Shown here piece by piece: positions 41,247 to 55,900 of a stretch of 64,000 bases of DNA. Within the stretch, counting starts at the first letter, position 1, and each line of letters starts with the position of its first letter. Location of the stretch: positions 62,001 to 126,000 of the forward strand of contig CDROCS010003280.1 in assembly GCA_977020255.1 (NCBI GenBank). The letters run 5' to 3'. Below the pieces are notes generated by a model. That model worked only from the letters and a program-made list of their open reading frames with translations, was not told the DNA's origin and did no database searches. The stretch comes from Obrimoposthia wandeli. Taxonomy: Eukaryota. The position numbers and the translations under genes were made by a program.

Positions 41247-43230
41247 ATGAGTTTATCAAAGCATTTGTCGAAAGAAGAAAAATTCACTATAGCTATTCTT
41301 CTGGCATTGAAAATTAACCCATCCAAGATTTCAGACGTTTTAGGACGAAATCTATCATCTATATATCGTTATATTAAACTAAGAGATGTTATAAAAGACG
41401 AAACTCGTGGAAGATCTCGGATATTATCGGATAGAACCCTTCGTCAAATAAAAAGGCTAGTTAATTAAATTCCATGCACAACGAAATACATTAAATATCA
41501 AAGTGCCTTGCCAAACCATCTGAAATTATATGAAGGCAAATGATATTAGTTGGACAAAAATTTGATAAAGTTTTGCCCTTCACCAAAAAAACTGTAGAAA
41601 ACGTTTTGATTTTTCTGAAGATTTACTATCAAAAGTTGATGATTATAGATATTTTATTTTTAGTTATGAAAAATATTTTGGAATGGATAGATGGTAAATA
41701 ATGCATATTGTTGGACCTACAAAAATAATAAAAAGACATTCTCGAGGAGGTTTAGTTAAGGTTTGGGTGCCTTTGGGTATAATGGAAAAAGCGATTTAGC
41801 AGTTGTAAATGGAACATCAAAGAGTCCCGAATATAAATATTTATTAGAAATATTACTAAAACCAATGCTATCAAATAATTCGGTTTTCCTATGTTGGGGT
41901 TTCTATTCGAAACTAGATCTTCGTGTGGAGGCCTCCAGTGTGAGTTCTGTAGCAATAGGGCTTGCAGTTGTTCGTAGCCTATTTAGATTTTTCTTATCTG
42001 TCTTAATCTCAAGTCTGAAGGTTTTTTGGTCAAAGTCGTGGGAGATGTGTAAGGAGTTGTGTGCACAAGATACTGGGAAAATTCCCTTATTGTGGTGTAG
42101 TGTATGGAGGGTTGGTATTGGCCTGATTGTAGGGGGTGATTCAAAACAACACTGCTTGATTGTAGGAAAATTTTATTCTTTATCTCACTCTAAACTATGT
42201 TTCAAAAAATTACAACTAATCCTATGTCACTTCACTAGATTACACACAAATGGGGATGCCTTGACGTAGAGATTTTAATCGTACCTAATAATTTTACAAG
42301 CTTTTCAAAGTTCAGCGTAATTTGCTATAACTCTTATAGTTTAACCCAAACTTCGGATGTATGAAAATGAATGTAATTCAAGATTACTTGAAATACAATT
42401 TTCCAAAATGTACTATTATTCAATGCAAAGTTTGATTTACAAAATCAACAAAACTTTATTTCTCAGCTTTACTACTAATCCCTCACCCTTCTCACCTTCC
42501 TCTAGTCAGTTAATATGCTTCCGTCTGTTCGCGAAGTCCTTTTCTCGCGATTTCTTTTGTCGACTTGTGGGTATTTCGTTTTCTGTCTACAGTAGCTTTT
42601 GAATTCGTTCTGGCAATAATCAAATTTGGTATTCTCTTATATCCAATCCGAGTACGATTTCTAAAATAAAATGGTAGGCAATTAATGGATTCCACTTAGC
42701 TAAGTGGTGCCTACCTCGCGAGTGGTTGGGACGTCTGGCCGCTTGCTGGATCCCATGGTTTCCTCAATTAGCTTGAAACTAATGGGTTAGCTGTCTTCCT
42801 GATGGCGGCTTCTCACGCGATAATTACTTCTTGGATTTTTAGCCTTAAGTCTCTTCTGTTTGTATTTTCTCTCTTTTTGTTTCCTTAATACTTGTATTTT
42901 CAGGGCCCTTTCTTAATAATTTAACTTCCTTATATACAACGCATTATACACTTGATCTCTTCAAGGTCCTCAAATACTTTTCGATTTTATTTTTAATTTT
43001 AAATATTTATTTATTCGTTTTATTTTATTTAGCCTTGCTTCAAGGTTCTATCTTTCTATATAAATAATTAATTAAATGTACTAAATCCTAGTCCTAACAC
43101 CTACAAGATAACTCTCCAGTACATCGTGCTAATCTTATAAAAATGGCTTTAAGAACCATAGATTCTCTAAAATGACCTCCTCAAAGTCCAGATCTAAATA
43201 TCCGAAATAAAGTTTGTGTTGCTAACCAAA
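41247..43230 (+). pseudogene. Tc1/Tc3-like transposase pseudogene split by a solo LTR
   Basis: HTH-like N-terminus MSLSKHLSKEEK...RGRSRILSDRTLRQIKR, then FSYEK and VWGAFGYNGK...YKYLLE. Removing 41892-43103 restores FLQDNSPVH, followed by (W)PPQSPDLN. Confidence 0.92.
41892..43099 (-). mobile_element. Complete solo-LTR-like element of a sister subfamily (1208 bp)
   Basis: TGTTGGGG...CCTAACA with CCTA on both sides (41888-41891, 43100-43103). The first ~350 bp and last ~230 bp are colinear with copy 1. Minus-strand AATAAA at 42172-42177 and TATATAA at 42930-42936. Confidence 0.85.
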
Positions 43231-46200
43231 TTTGTTGAGATTGATTTTTGTGCCTTAGATCACTTAGATCAATAATATTGGCTAATTATTTTACAACAAT
43301 ACTTTATTTAGTTAAAATTATTGCCTAAGTTATGTTTTGGGCATATTCAGATCTTGAATTTTCAAGAAAAAATTAGTTGTTGGTGTTAAAATTTCGTAAA
43401 ATCATTCATTTAGTTCGATATTGGAGCTACCTCAAGTTGCTCTGATACGCGTATACGTTGAATGAAGAAACAGGCTGATCTCTGAAGTCTGTAAGTGATG
43501 AATCTGGAAAAAGAAGCCCCGTATACCTCAAGGGAGAATTGTGATGGCATAGAGAGAGAGGTGCGGTGGTTGGGTGACGAGTCAAACAACGTGCTGCCCC
43601 AAGCCGCAGCTAGGAAGCAGTTGCAAATGGCGCTATCTAATTATGCGAGGTTAATTAAAACGTATCTACCCCCTCTTGATTGAGATGTAGAACATGCTGT
43701 TCATTGGCGAGATGATCATTGTGTAGATTCGTCGGTGGACAGTTCGGATTGAAGCAGAATATCGGCGAAGAATGGTTTTCTTGTTAGCGATGCCAAACTA
43801 GAGCTCGGTGAGCTTCTTCCCTCGAAAGAGGGGAGAGCGAGAAAACAAGATTTGACGAAAGATAATCGAGGCTTGACCAAGAAAGAAGAACATTAATATT
43901 ATTTCACGAATTTTATTAGATGATTTTCTATTCTCACTGATTTCTCTCACCATTCACATTTTGTTTGTTTCTATTGCTCTAGTCTTACTTGGATTTGCTT
44001 TTAATTTAGTACAGTCGACGTTGTTACATCATACGAGGCCAAGTTCCATTTAATTCATCACAACAGATCGGGGCATCTGTTTTCAAAAAAATTCCTTTGA
44101 TAAAACACAAATTACAAAAGTTTTATTTCTTTTATTTAATGATAATTACACTTAACAAAAGTTTGAATACAAATCTTGATATTGATCATTTGCAAATGAA
44201 ATCTATATATTCAACGAAAAAATAGCGTAACTGATTTAAAAAATAATTTTAATATTATCAGACATACAACAATTATAATTAACCTAAAATTATTGATATT
44301 AATGTTTAAGGAATTAATCCAAACTCGACAGCTTTGAATATTAAAATAATCAATTTTAAATAAAGGTAAATATAATATATAATTTTTATCATTCATAACT
44401 GCTAAATGTCTGAAGATTCTGAGAAATTTTGAACTAAACGATAATATTATTTTGTTTGTATACTTTAAAATTCCATATTTTCAAAGGAAACTGCTGTTAA
44501 AATAATTAATTTATGCAATTATGTACATAGAATTTGAATTATTTTGAAGTTCAAATTAATTTTTGAAACACGTATTTTTAATAAATATTGTATTTTTTAA
44601 CAATAGTTTTTTTTTAAGTTCATATTCAACATTATAATTATCATTTTTAAATAATTGAAATAGGTATATAATTTAAAATATTTCAAATTTAAAACTTTTA
44701 ATCATTTTTTATTGCTGAATTAATATTTAAAAGATATATTTATTTGTCATAAAATTAATATAATTAAGATTGGAAGATTTGCCTTGGTATTATTCTTTTG
44801 TAAAGATTTCAAATATTAATTAAATTAAAAATGAAAACGAAGTTGCATTTTACTGTTATTTCAATTGAAATAATGATAAGATATTTACTAAACTTATTGT
44901 CAACTTGTATGTTTGAATGGATACATAAAAGTATTTATATAAAATATGCATAAGAAATTTCCATAAGATGAAGTCCAAAATTCGCTCAAAACTTTCGGCT
45001 CATATGCAAATTATTGATTAGGAAGTTAGTGTGGCGTGATTAAACACCAAAAGTCTAACTTGCCCTCAGCAAAGTTTTGAGAAATTAATTAAAGAACATA
45101 GCCATGTTTTACATTTCACCCGGAAGTCGAAGAAACTGTATCTTTGAAATGTTGTTCATTTACTTAATAAATCATTTATAATTCAATATTGTGTATGTTC
45201 AATTGAGTGTTATTTTCTGCTAGCTTGTAACATTTATCTAAAAATGAAAGTAATTTTAAATGGCCAAATTTATTTGTTATTATTGACCTCGATAATTTAG
45301 ATAGATAGATAAACATACATTTTAAGCGCAAAAATCAAACAGCTGCACAAAATTGTTACTTGACCACGCCATATTCATAACATTCTTTATATTTGGATTC
45401 GTACGCCTACTGGTAAAGCATATTCAATAAATATGAATTTATTTGCCGCTTGAAATTTTGTATTTTATAATTTTTACAAATGTTTGAATTTTGTTTCATT
45501 TAATTTTATTTAATTTTGAATTTATCATACTTTGTTCTGTCATTTCTCAAATTTCTCAAATATCCTGTTATAGATATGATGGCTGTTCTGTAATAAACAT
45601 TTTGCAATTGTCATTATTTTAATATTTATTTGAATTTTTTCTGTTGATTCCCCGAAAATAATGTAAATTTATTTACTCCAAGAAAGTATTAATTAAAATT
45701 GTTTGTTTTCTTTAGTTACTTTTTTAAAATTTAGTTTCGCTTCAGAAAATAAAATACCTTAAAGTACATTAATATGTTTGACAATATATTTGCAACATAA
45801 TAATAACCAATTTTAATTCGTAGCTCACATAAATTCTGCATAGCGGACACTATTCTGAAAGTACATATTACACTAGAAGTATGTGTATTTGTCAAATGAA
45901 TCAGTTAAAACAACATTTACTCAAACTGGAATGAAAATGCCACCAAAAACAAGCAAAAATGTCAACAGCCGCAACAGGCGAATTGTTACGTAGCTTGTCG
46001 ATAAAGTTACTCATAACAATTGCAAAATAAACCGATGTAATCGACAAACAAATAAAGTAACAATGTTCACGAAGCACTCTTGCTGGTTGTGTGAGACTGT
46101 AGTTGCAGCAGAAGCACAAGCAGCAGTATTGTCTACCAACATGCCAGACGATGGTGACTCACGCCAACGTAAACACAGCCACACAACAGTCGCATTTTGT

Positions 46201-49200
46201 CCCCACCAGGTGAGACGTCAATAACACCACATTTCAATCAATTCATGGCACCTGACAGCTTTGTTACTGCTGTTCCCTGCTCCACCTTCTTCCTATTTAG
46301 TTGATAATTGTCTATTTCTCTTTGTCTCATCACAAACAATACTGCGATTATCTTAATTTCTCCCACTTTTGGCTCATCTTTTTCTGACTTTCTAAGAATG
46401 ACTTCTTAGCATTTTCTCATTCCATTCAATTGGACTGTATCAGCGTTTCCGCTCTTCGTCGCTGGCAATTTCCCGAGCCAATCTAGTCTTTATCGACCTC
46501 CGAATTCTCATGTTTCAATAACGTCTGTAAGCATTTCTAGACAATGGCTCCATTCATGAATTAAATGGCCATTGTTGAATATTTCTCAGTCCATTGGACT
46601 TAAACACCACTACACTTTCATTCCCAAGATAGTGCGATTATGTTTTCATTTAATTAAATTTTATGAAATATAATTTTTATTTTAATTCGATAAATTCTAA
46701 AAGCAGCTTTACCAATGATTAATAAAACATCTATCGCAGATGTTTATTATTGCGCAAATTTCTCAATAATTGAATATGGAATATCGTTGTACATAATACT
46801 TTTGGCTTGTATCATTTGAAAGAATTGAAAAAAAAATAAACTGTTTTCAGTTATAATATTTGTTACATAAATAAATTTTACAAATTTATATTTCAAAATA
46901 TTTCGAAAGCATTATGCATATTAACTTTGTTCAAAATTTCTCAGTTACTAATTAGCAGTAATGAATGATAAAAATGATATCTTATAAATATTTACTTTAA
47001 TTTTGATATTCAGATTTGCCCAGTTGTAAATGTAGTGTCAAAATTATTTTTATAAAAATATTTTAAAATGTTTTCGTTTTTATTTTCTGTAACAATTTTA
47101 AATAAAAACTCAAAGATTTCATTTGCAATCAAGATGTAACTAATATTGATTTGAAAATATTTTATTATTTGTTTATTCCTGTTTAAATATTAAAAATACC
47201 AAAATAAGAAATTATGTTAAAAAAAATTCCTTTGAATATTTGTGTATTTCAATAATTTCAATATTTTTCATATGAAACGTAATTAAAACATATCAATCAC
47301 AGACTAACATGACAAACTGACAAAAATATAGGTGACCTCAAATTTTCCTATGAATAAGTTTAATCACGGCCTTAACAAGAATACAACATATATTACTCAT
47401 TATAGTGACTAATGAGTGGGCAATTAACATGCTTAGTTTTAGTGCAATCATAGCCGTAGTACCTGAAGAACAATGAGAAATTTTAGATAACAGCTGTCGA
47501 TATAAATTTAAATTGCACCTCTAAGTCTTGTCTTTGTTCTATGTGTAATATTTCTTATTGGCTAATTTGTCTCACTAAATTATTTACCTATGTGCTGACT
47601 GACTCATCTTCACTGGTTAAGTTAAAACACACCAACAAATATACATACTGACACGCGGACACAATCTTACAAATATACGATTACGAGCAATATTACGTTA
47701 ATTAACTCTTTAAAAATATTGATTTTTTTAAAATGGTAAATTACAATTGAAACATTATAAATGAAAACTAATTATAAATACATTTTTTAATTTTGATGAG
47801 ATACAACTTAGATAGACAATCAACTTAATTTACGTTTTAGTGAGTAAAAAGTGCAGAAATCTTTCGCATGAGAATGCAATACTAATTTTGTACTGTCTAT
47901 AGACTCTTAGCATACGTCATTGTCATGTGATTATGTATGCATCATCATGATGGATGATGATGATGACTATTTCTTGTGAATTTCTGAGTTTTGTTTGTGA
48001 TACTACAAAGTAAAGACGTGTGAATAAATCTATACAAATGCTATCCTTGTTTCCCACAGGATCCATGTTTCACTGTTTATGTGCACTATTTATGAATTTT
48101 TCATTTAAAACTTTAAATATTTCTATTTTGTTTTATCAACACGGATATTCTAGGGATGTTTATCAGCAATATATTCATTGATATTATTGTAATCAAAAGA
48201 TAAATATACATATAACATAATAATTCACTTTCCTGTTTAAATATTTACTAAACACTTATTTTAAGAGGTAAATAATCCAAGGGTCTGAATGATATTTCGA
48301 TAATGTTTGTTTTGTTGAATCTCCATATTTACTTGAGAAAAATGGCAACTCACTGTCTCAATGTTTACCGAAGTTATATGTTGTGAGAAAGTGAGTGGAT
48401 AAACAAATTCTCAGACTAACATTAGTTTCTATAAAATATATATTACTCACTGTATTTCCGGCTGGTCTCAACACACACATAAGTGTAATCGATTCCAGCA
48501 CAGTTTGACAAATATTTGATTTTCACATTACACAGTGCTCCTTTGTAATTTGAAAATACACAGACACTCCCAATCCCCTTCATTGTGACGTTTAGTCATC
48601 AGCTATTGATTTATGGATGACTAACTCACACTATTGGGAACACAATACCCACACATACATACACATAGCTTCTTTATAGCAGAGGCTATTGTTCCCACTA
48701 AGGTTCATCTCAGTCGTGTCTGGGAATGTGTTTGTGTTGCTCTCGAAATGGACACCGTCGATTCCATTAGCAGCAATTCGATGTTGTGAACATGAGCCCA
48801 TTTGTGGGGATTTGTGACTCCAGCTGACTGAGTAGGTGACTAATGCCATAGCTCGTTGAGCCAACACTCATAACAGACACGTCACTCCTAAGCAGTGCAC
48901 AAATGCGACCTTCTCCCGAGGAAAGAATCGTAACGGACTTGCCGACTCATTCAATATGACACCAGGGTTCGAAATAAGCGAGTATTTTTATTCTCGGAAA
49001 GTAATTTTTAATATGTGATCAGGGGGGACGGACGTTTTGGTCTGGCCATATTTTAATTTCAATATATTTCAACATTTGTTTTGCAGAACCAATCTGTAAT
49101 GAGTGATCTTGGATAATTTAATATTAAGCCAAAACGTCCTACTTCAACAAAATGTCCTACATTCGTTGTCAAGTGCTGTTTCTAGTTAATCATTGTGTAA

Positions 49201-52200
49201 AATAAAAGTATTGAACCCAAAATTAGCATTGATTTGTAGTATGTTACTATTACACTTTTACATTGTCCCAGATGTGGGTCAATAAGTCAGATTTTTTGTT
49301 ATAACATACATACAATTTCGGGTGAGTAGACCTCGTGAACAACTTAACCGAATTTTGCTTGATCTTCTTCATTTCCTGTTGTTGTCTCACCATATGCAGT
49401 CTCTCTTCAATTGCTTCTGCATCTAAATGTTCACATCAGAGCCTGAATACTCTAATGGGTGGCTTGTGGTAATACATTGGCCAAATTGAAGTCAACCCGA
49501 AGGATCGCAATGATTTCCACTTGAACAGAATCTGGATATTTTATTCTCCCATTCTCTTCAGCCTGATAGTTAATTCCCAAACCAAGTTCCTTGTTCAATA
49601 CGGTTAAGAAAATGAGTTATCTCAGGACCTTCTTCTTGTACCAATAGCATTTTCTCACACAACAGTAGCCGGTAGATCTTCGTCTAAATGTACTGTAGTT
49701 AGGTTAATTACGTTTATGTGTACACTTATTGATTTGTCCGGTTATCTGTTGGGATAAGTAATGATTGACTGTAGTCCTAATTAATTCATATTTTACAATA
49801 TTTCATCTATTCAATTGCAGTACTGTTGAAATAATAATGAATATAGTGCTTTGTTGAATACTGTTGTGTTTCTTTCTAGTAGTTTCACTTTAGGACAAAA
49901 GACACAGACATGTGAGAGGCATCCAATATTGCTAAACAGTCCTAAACCTTGCTGAAAAGATTTACTGTCTTGCTACATCTGCCTTTACCCCAGATGTTTC
50001 CACTAAAGTCGAATATTTTGGACAACAATGATAAATTTACTGCTGCCATACAATACGATATTGAGCGATATTGTCCTAATTTTTCAGATGGCATTCGAAA
50101 GCTGCCATTGCTGCAAATGGAGACTAATTGAACACTTATATTTTTCGTCATTTACATTCTATCAAATACATTATCTGACGATAACTAAGACTCAATATTT
50201 GAAAGCTCTGTTTGTTAATCAGGTTGCAATTTCTAACTTAAAACAATAATTTTGCGAAAATTGTTTTGCATAAAAATCTTATCAGAAAATGAACATTTGT
50301 CAATGATTTTTAATCATAATTTTTTTTCAGATTCTAAGTGATGTTACAAAAACCTTTAAATAATTTCAGACTGGAAGAGATTAATAAAATTTTCCTTTAG
50401 AAAGTTTTTTTGATATGTTTGAAATTGTTGACAAGTAATTTCATCTAAGAATAATTGAAGTTTCATTGAATCTTTAATTGAAAGTTTACACACACTCTCA
50501 GATTACTCTCAACAATTATGTTGATGTTTATAAAACTCGATGCCTTGAAATCATTGTTGGGTGGCCTAACTCTAACTGATATTCGATCGTCTACGTGTAC
50601 CTTTCTTGCTAATCGAATACCGAATCCGAATGGGTCTGTGAACTGTGGAATATATATTGAATTTCATTCTTCGGGTGCCATGTTGACAAATTGTGTAGTT
50701 TTGTCACACCTGAGTCTTTGCGAAAATTTGCACATACTAATATAGTGATATTTTTCAGGTTTCCACTTCATTTTGATGCTTTCCATTTCTATAATTTCGG
50801 TACAGAACTTTAGGGGGGACCCTATTGTATTAATTTATGGACTCTTTTTATGCTATCAAGGAATATATATTGGAATGGATATACTTACGTAATATAATAA
50901 TGATTTGGATTACAAATAGGTACCCGATAAAATCATAGAGCTTTCATTTGACTTCTAGGATATGTAAAATCATGTATCCGATAAAGCTAAGATATCTCTT
51001 TCACTACTAAATGAATAAACAACCGAATCACGGTTTAGACCAGTGTATTCCTAACTTTATGTTACTACACATCCCTTTAAGAAAGATCTAATTTTGGGGC
51101 CTCCCCCTTTATTTCATAAATCAATACATATACATTTTTAAATGGTAAAATACTTATTAATCCAAAAAAATGAGAAAAAAGGTGTTTGGCGGAATAATAT
51201 CAAGGTTTTACCATATATATACGTACATATCATTTATTTATATACGTTTTTATGAAAATTATATTTCTGTTAAAATTTTCGCGCTTCCCTTTGCACTAAT
51301 CTGTGCCTCCCCAGTGAGGCATTCCTCCCAGTTTGGATATCGCTGGTTTAGACAGTAGTATGCAAAATATTGAGAAATACTTGGATATCAGATATTTATT
51401 CGAAACTAAAAGCAGAATGAAACTAGACTAAATTTAAGATTATCACTAGACAATTTTCTCATTGTTTTTGTATAGCATCACATAATATCACATTAAATTA
51501 CAATAACATTAAAAGGTTTCGCCAACATATTCTTTTATTTACTCATTAAAAATATAAATTTACTCTAGTCTGTATTTGATTACTCCTACTGAATTTTATA
51601 GTAACGGTTTTTTCTTTTGCGTCCTTTTTTTCAATTTTCATGTAGATGGCTTATACACAAATCCAAAGAAAGTCAAAACTAAGTTGAATCACAAATATGT
51701 TCCAGTTCAGAGATGCGTAATTTAATATTTTTTAGCCATTTTCTTTTGTTGAAAAGTAAATTGAATTACTCCATAATATATCGGAACGATAAAGTATTTC
51801 ACAAAGTTACTGAATATTAATTATTCTTTGATTTTTAAAAATGTAATAGTAAAGGTTATTGATAGAAACATAGAAATTTACAGACCCTTTCACGATTATT
51901 TTGGGAATTATGTTGCACAGAAAATGGAAATTCCCTTATTCATCATTATTCCATTGAATTTGGAGCTTAGATAGAACTTCAAATATCAGAATGTTGTCAT
52001 AGATCGTGGTTGCCCTATTCGTCATCATCATTTAATTCCTCGTCACTGTTCTACTTCAGTTTCCCAGTTCTAGAGTTTAGGCTAAATTTAAGACTACTTT
52101 CAGCTTCTTTTTCTTTGTGTAGAAATGTACTTGGGCATATGCCTCAATGTTGATTCAGCTTTTCGCCATTATTTCACTTGTTTTGATGCAACATCATAAT

Positions 52201-54829
52201 CCCGAAATGCCGCTATATTTCCATAGTTTGACTACACCAATAACTTGTCGTTTGAAGCTAATAGGATACCTACGACTAGATATATAACATTTTGCTCTCA
52301 TTATAAATTTCATATGATCTGAAAATTTGATGGCTTTTTAAATATTTTTTATAAAATTGAGTTTTACCTTAGGTGTGAAGAAATACGGTAAGTGTAGAAT
52401 ATGTGTTTGTGTTATCATGTTTTAAATGATAACTACTGCAAATATGGACAAAAGTCCCCAACTACTCAGTTTAAGTTTTAATTTCAATATTAAAATCAAA
52501 TTTTAATTAGATTAGTAGTCAATAATTATTTAGATAGTTCAATAATGCTTTTAATGTAAAATTTTAAACGTATGAAATCTTATTAATGAAATATATGGTA
52601 TATAAAAATCAAAATATATGATAAATATAAATCAAAAGCGTGTTTTGAAAATATAAACCAAATATCAACAAAATTGTAACCGTAAACATAACAGTTAAAA
52701 CAAAAACTATCCTAATATGTGCTTAAGCAGAAATATCAATATTAAGGCCTAATAAACATTCATGTTACTCTGTAAATACTGCATAAAATATTTCTACAGT
52801 ACTATCATTTTTACGTAATACAGTAATATTTTCGTTATGATCGGATATCAAATAATAAATGTGAACGCATTAAACTTCAAATATCTACAGAAGAAACTAT
52901 TTCGATTGATAAATACATAATTACTGAAATAATATACTGCTATGAGTCATTTAATGCAAATTAAAAAATAGAACACAGTCGATTATTTTCATTTTATTCA
53001 CGAATAATTATTATCAGTTTTGAATTATATTTATTATCGATTTTATAATTCAATGAATAGCTATAATGAACTTTGAAACAGTAAGTCTCAAGAACTAAAA
53101 TGTATTTTAAATAAAATTTTAGGTGGTATGCATAAAGTCGAACAATTGTTTTAAGAAAAAAGTCATTTGTAGCAAAAGCAAATGCTTAAAAAAATATGCA
53201 TAAAATTGATTATATTAATAGGATTTAAAAACGATTTTAGCAAATTCTTAATTTGTGAGTCAAGAAATGCTTTTTTCAATGTTGCTGGCACTATGCTTAG
53301 ACGTTTGGGATATATCTACCATAGATTTCTCAATAATTTCAACAATTTTTTATTTTTTATTTTTTTATAATTATTTATAAACTATATCTTTTTGAGTTAT
53401 AGACTAAAACATGCAGTTATGTTTATTGACTAATAGATTATTTTTTGTTTAGTACAATTATGCTTTCATTTTAGGATTAATTTTTAATCATTCCTACTTA
53501 TCATCATGTATTCGATTCTCCTAACTCATGAATCGTCTGGTGATAGTCATAGAATATGTAGGCATCACAGGTAAAGTAAAATAGTAAACAGATAGTCAAC
53601 TTTATTTTGTCAATATTTTCGCTAAAAACACTATTTTATTACTTAAAAAGCCAGAATCAATTCCTGCTTTTGCACAAATTGCTTCAAATCCTTGCTTTAT
53701 ATGAAGTTAAATTGTGCTATGTCTTCTGAAACTCCAAATTAAAAACCCAGATCTGCTACATATCGCAACACAATTTGCATCTTCTCCATTGGTTTCATTG
53801 CTCCACCTAACTTCTATATTTCCTGATAATCAGCATTGACAGAATAGTTATCCATTCATGCTATGCGTTCTTCATTAAATTATATAATTCCAAACTGCCC
53901 AATAGGTTATTTACCTTTCTTGCTTTGAATATGTGATGATTGTTGACCATTTTGAACCATTTTAAATTAGACCTATACATTTAACGATCCAAAAATATGT
54001 TGCTTTTGTAAGATAAAGCAAGAGGTAAACTGTGTGCATATAAAACGATAAGGTCCTAAAGTGCTAAGAACCAGAGGGTTCCGCGGCATAAATGTCGAAA
54101 GAACAGGTTCATAAGAACGCAATCCAATATCCTTAATCATACGAGGACGCGATTTTTGTTAATCATGGGAATTTTGCCTACTTTAACAAATTAATTTAGG
54201 CGTTTTTACAGAATTGTATTCTTGATAGAACGCCAAATTTCAAAAGTAAATTCAGCACCGAGAACTTGATTTTAGTTTTGACAAAAGATTTTGTTGTATA
54301 TGTTAGATAAGCGTCTGTAAGAATGGCGAATATATTTGGCGAAGCGGTCTGTTTTACTCGTTGTTTGTTTGTAGACTCCATTGAAGACGTTAATCGTGAT
54401 TAAGTGGATATTTAAAAAAACGTATTTAAAAACAATCCTGAAATATTCCAAATCGTAGTGTCCTTGGCAGCTTTAACACACACACGCGATGGAACAAAAA
54501 TTCCTGGCTGTGGTTTTAATTGCCGACGGATTTGGGGGTCTGAATCACTGGCCGGTCATTAGATAAATAAACAGTTAGTCACCGAACAAATCGGCAGAAA
54601 GTCGGACTAATTTAACCAGGTTTCGGAAATTGTTTCTCCTATCTTCCCGAATATGCTGTTTTCTGTTTCATTTCATTCGTAAAACTTTTATTTCTATTTG
54701 CCAAATTATAGCGCAAACTTCCGTTACTGATTAAATGAAACGAAACTGAATGATGTTTTGATAATTTCCTTCTGTTATGGAACACAGTTACAGGGTGATA
54801 AAGCTCATATTAGTCGATTTTCCGCGCCT

Positions 54830-55900
54830 AATAGAGTTAACTTAAATTCTCGGGATCATGTAATGGTCCAATTTATTAAAATAACTTCAATATTGTTATT
54901 TCACTGTGTTGCACGAAGATTTTTGTATATGTTATCGAAAAGGATTCCCATAACCAAATATCATCTGGATTTAAGTATAAACTTATATGAGGCCATTCAT
55001 TTGTTTCAGTCCTACCAATGCAGCAACTTTGAATGACAATGTATAATGAACATATGCTCCATCCTTGTAATGTATAATTATCTTTCTGTGTAATCTTTTT
55101 TGAATGTTTCGTAATAAATTATCCTTCATCGTCTCTTGGTATTTCTGGCTATTCATCGAACCTTCAACAAATCTCAGACACCCAACTACCGTTCTAGAAA
55201 TAGTGATAATAATAATAATAATCAAAAATAATAAATAATCCCTGAATGATATTTCTGTTTACAAAAATATTCCGGTTCCAGAGATCTCTCCAATATCTCC
55301 TATAGTCGTCTTAACCAGATATTGTGAATCTTTTTCATTAGTATTTTTAAACACTCACTTTCTTTTAATAATAAATATTTCGAAAATATAATTCTTTTGA
55401 TTTGGTTTCTGGCGTACAGTTAATTATTCTACAAATAGTAGATTGACTAATACTGAGCGAAAAATTATTAGCACTCTCTTAAAGACATTTTCTACAATCC
55501 CACATCATTTTATTGGACCTAACTCTTCTTTTTGTCAACTTCTTCTAGTGACCAGCATTTAAATTGTTTTACTATAATCATCTGTAACAACATGTATGGA
55601 TGTATTCAGCAGATTTGCTCGTGCAGTTTCAGTTAAAGTCTTCAAATGAAATTTTTGAAACCATTAAAGAAATATTAAAAGGTGACAATCTCGAATCTCT
55701 GTATTTTTGCAGTACAAAGCAGCAGAAGTAGAGATTAAAGGAGGAAATAAAAAGTGGATCGAAGTTGACACAATGAATACATTTGAAACTTTTTCAACAT
55801 TCTTTCCAATTTGGCTTATATTATTCCCTACTTTCCGTGATTTCGATATTTCATCAATTTTGTCACTCGAAAGAAAATTATTTTTGGGCATTTTGTATTT
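54830..55900 (-). pseudogene. Decayed Tc3-like transposase
   Basis: N-terminus MPKNNFLSSDKIDEI..., then ISQSTICRII, YRRYWRDL (Tc3 YWRDLRKE), LRFVEGSMNSQKY, YKDGAYVH and EWPHISLYLNPDDIWLW. Confidence 0.85.

Noticed and set aside
50450-50680. Minus-strand open stretch PQFTDPFGFGIRLARKVHVDD...
   Set aside because: No start codon, splice support or recognisable family.
54470-54560. LTHTRDGTK as a YSRDGTRW-like missing exon
   Set aside because: Wrong acceptor phase, no tryptophan at the conserved position and no good donor.
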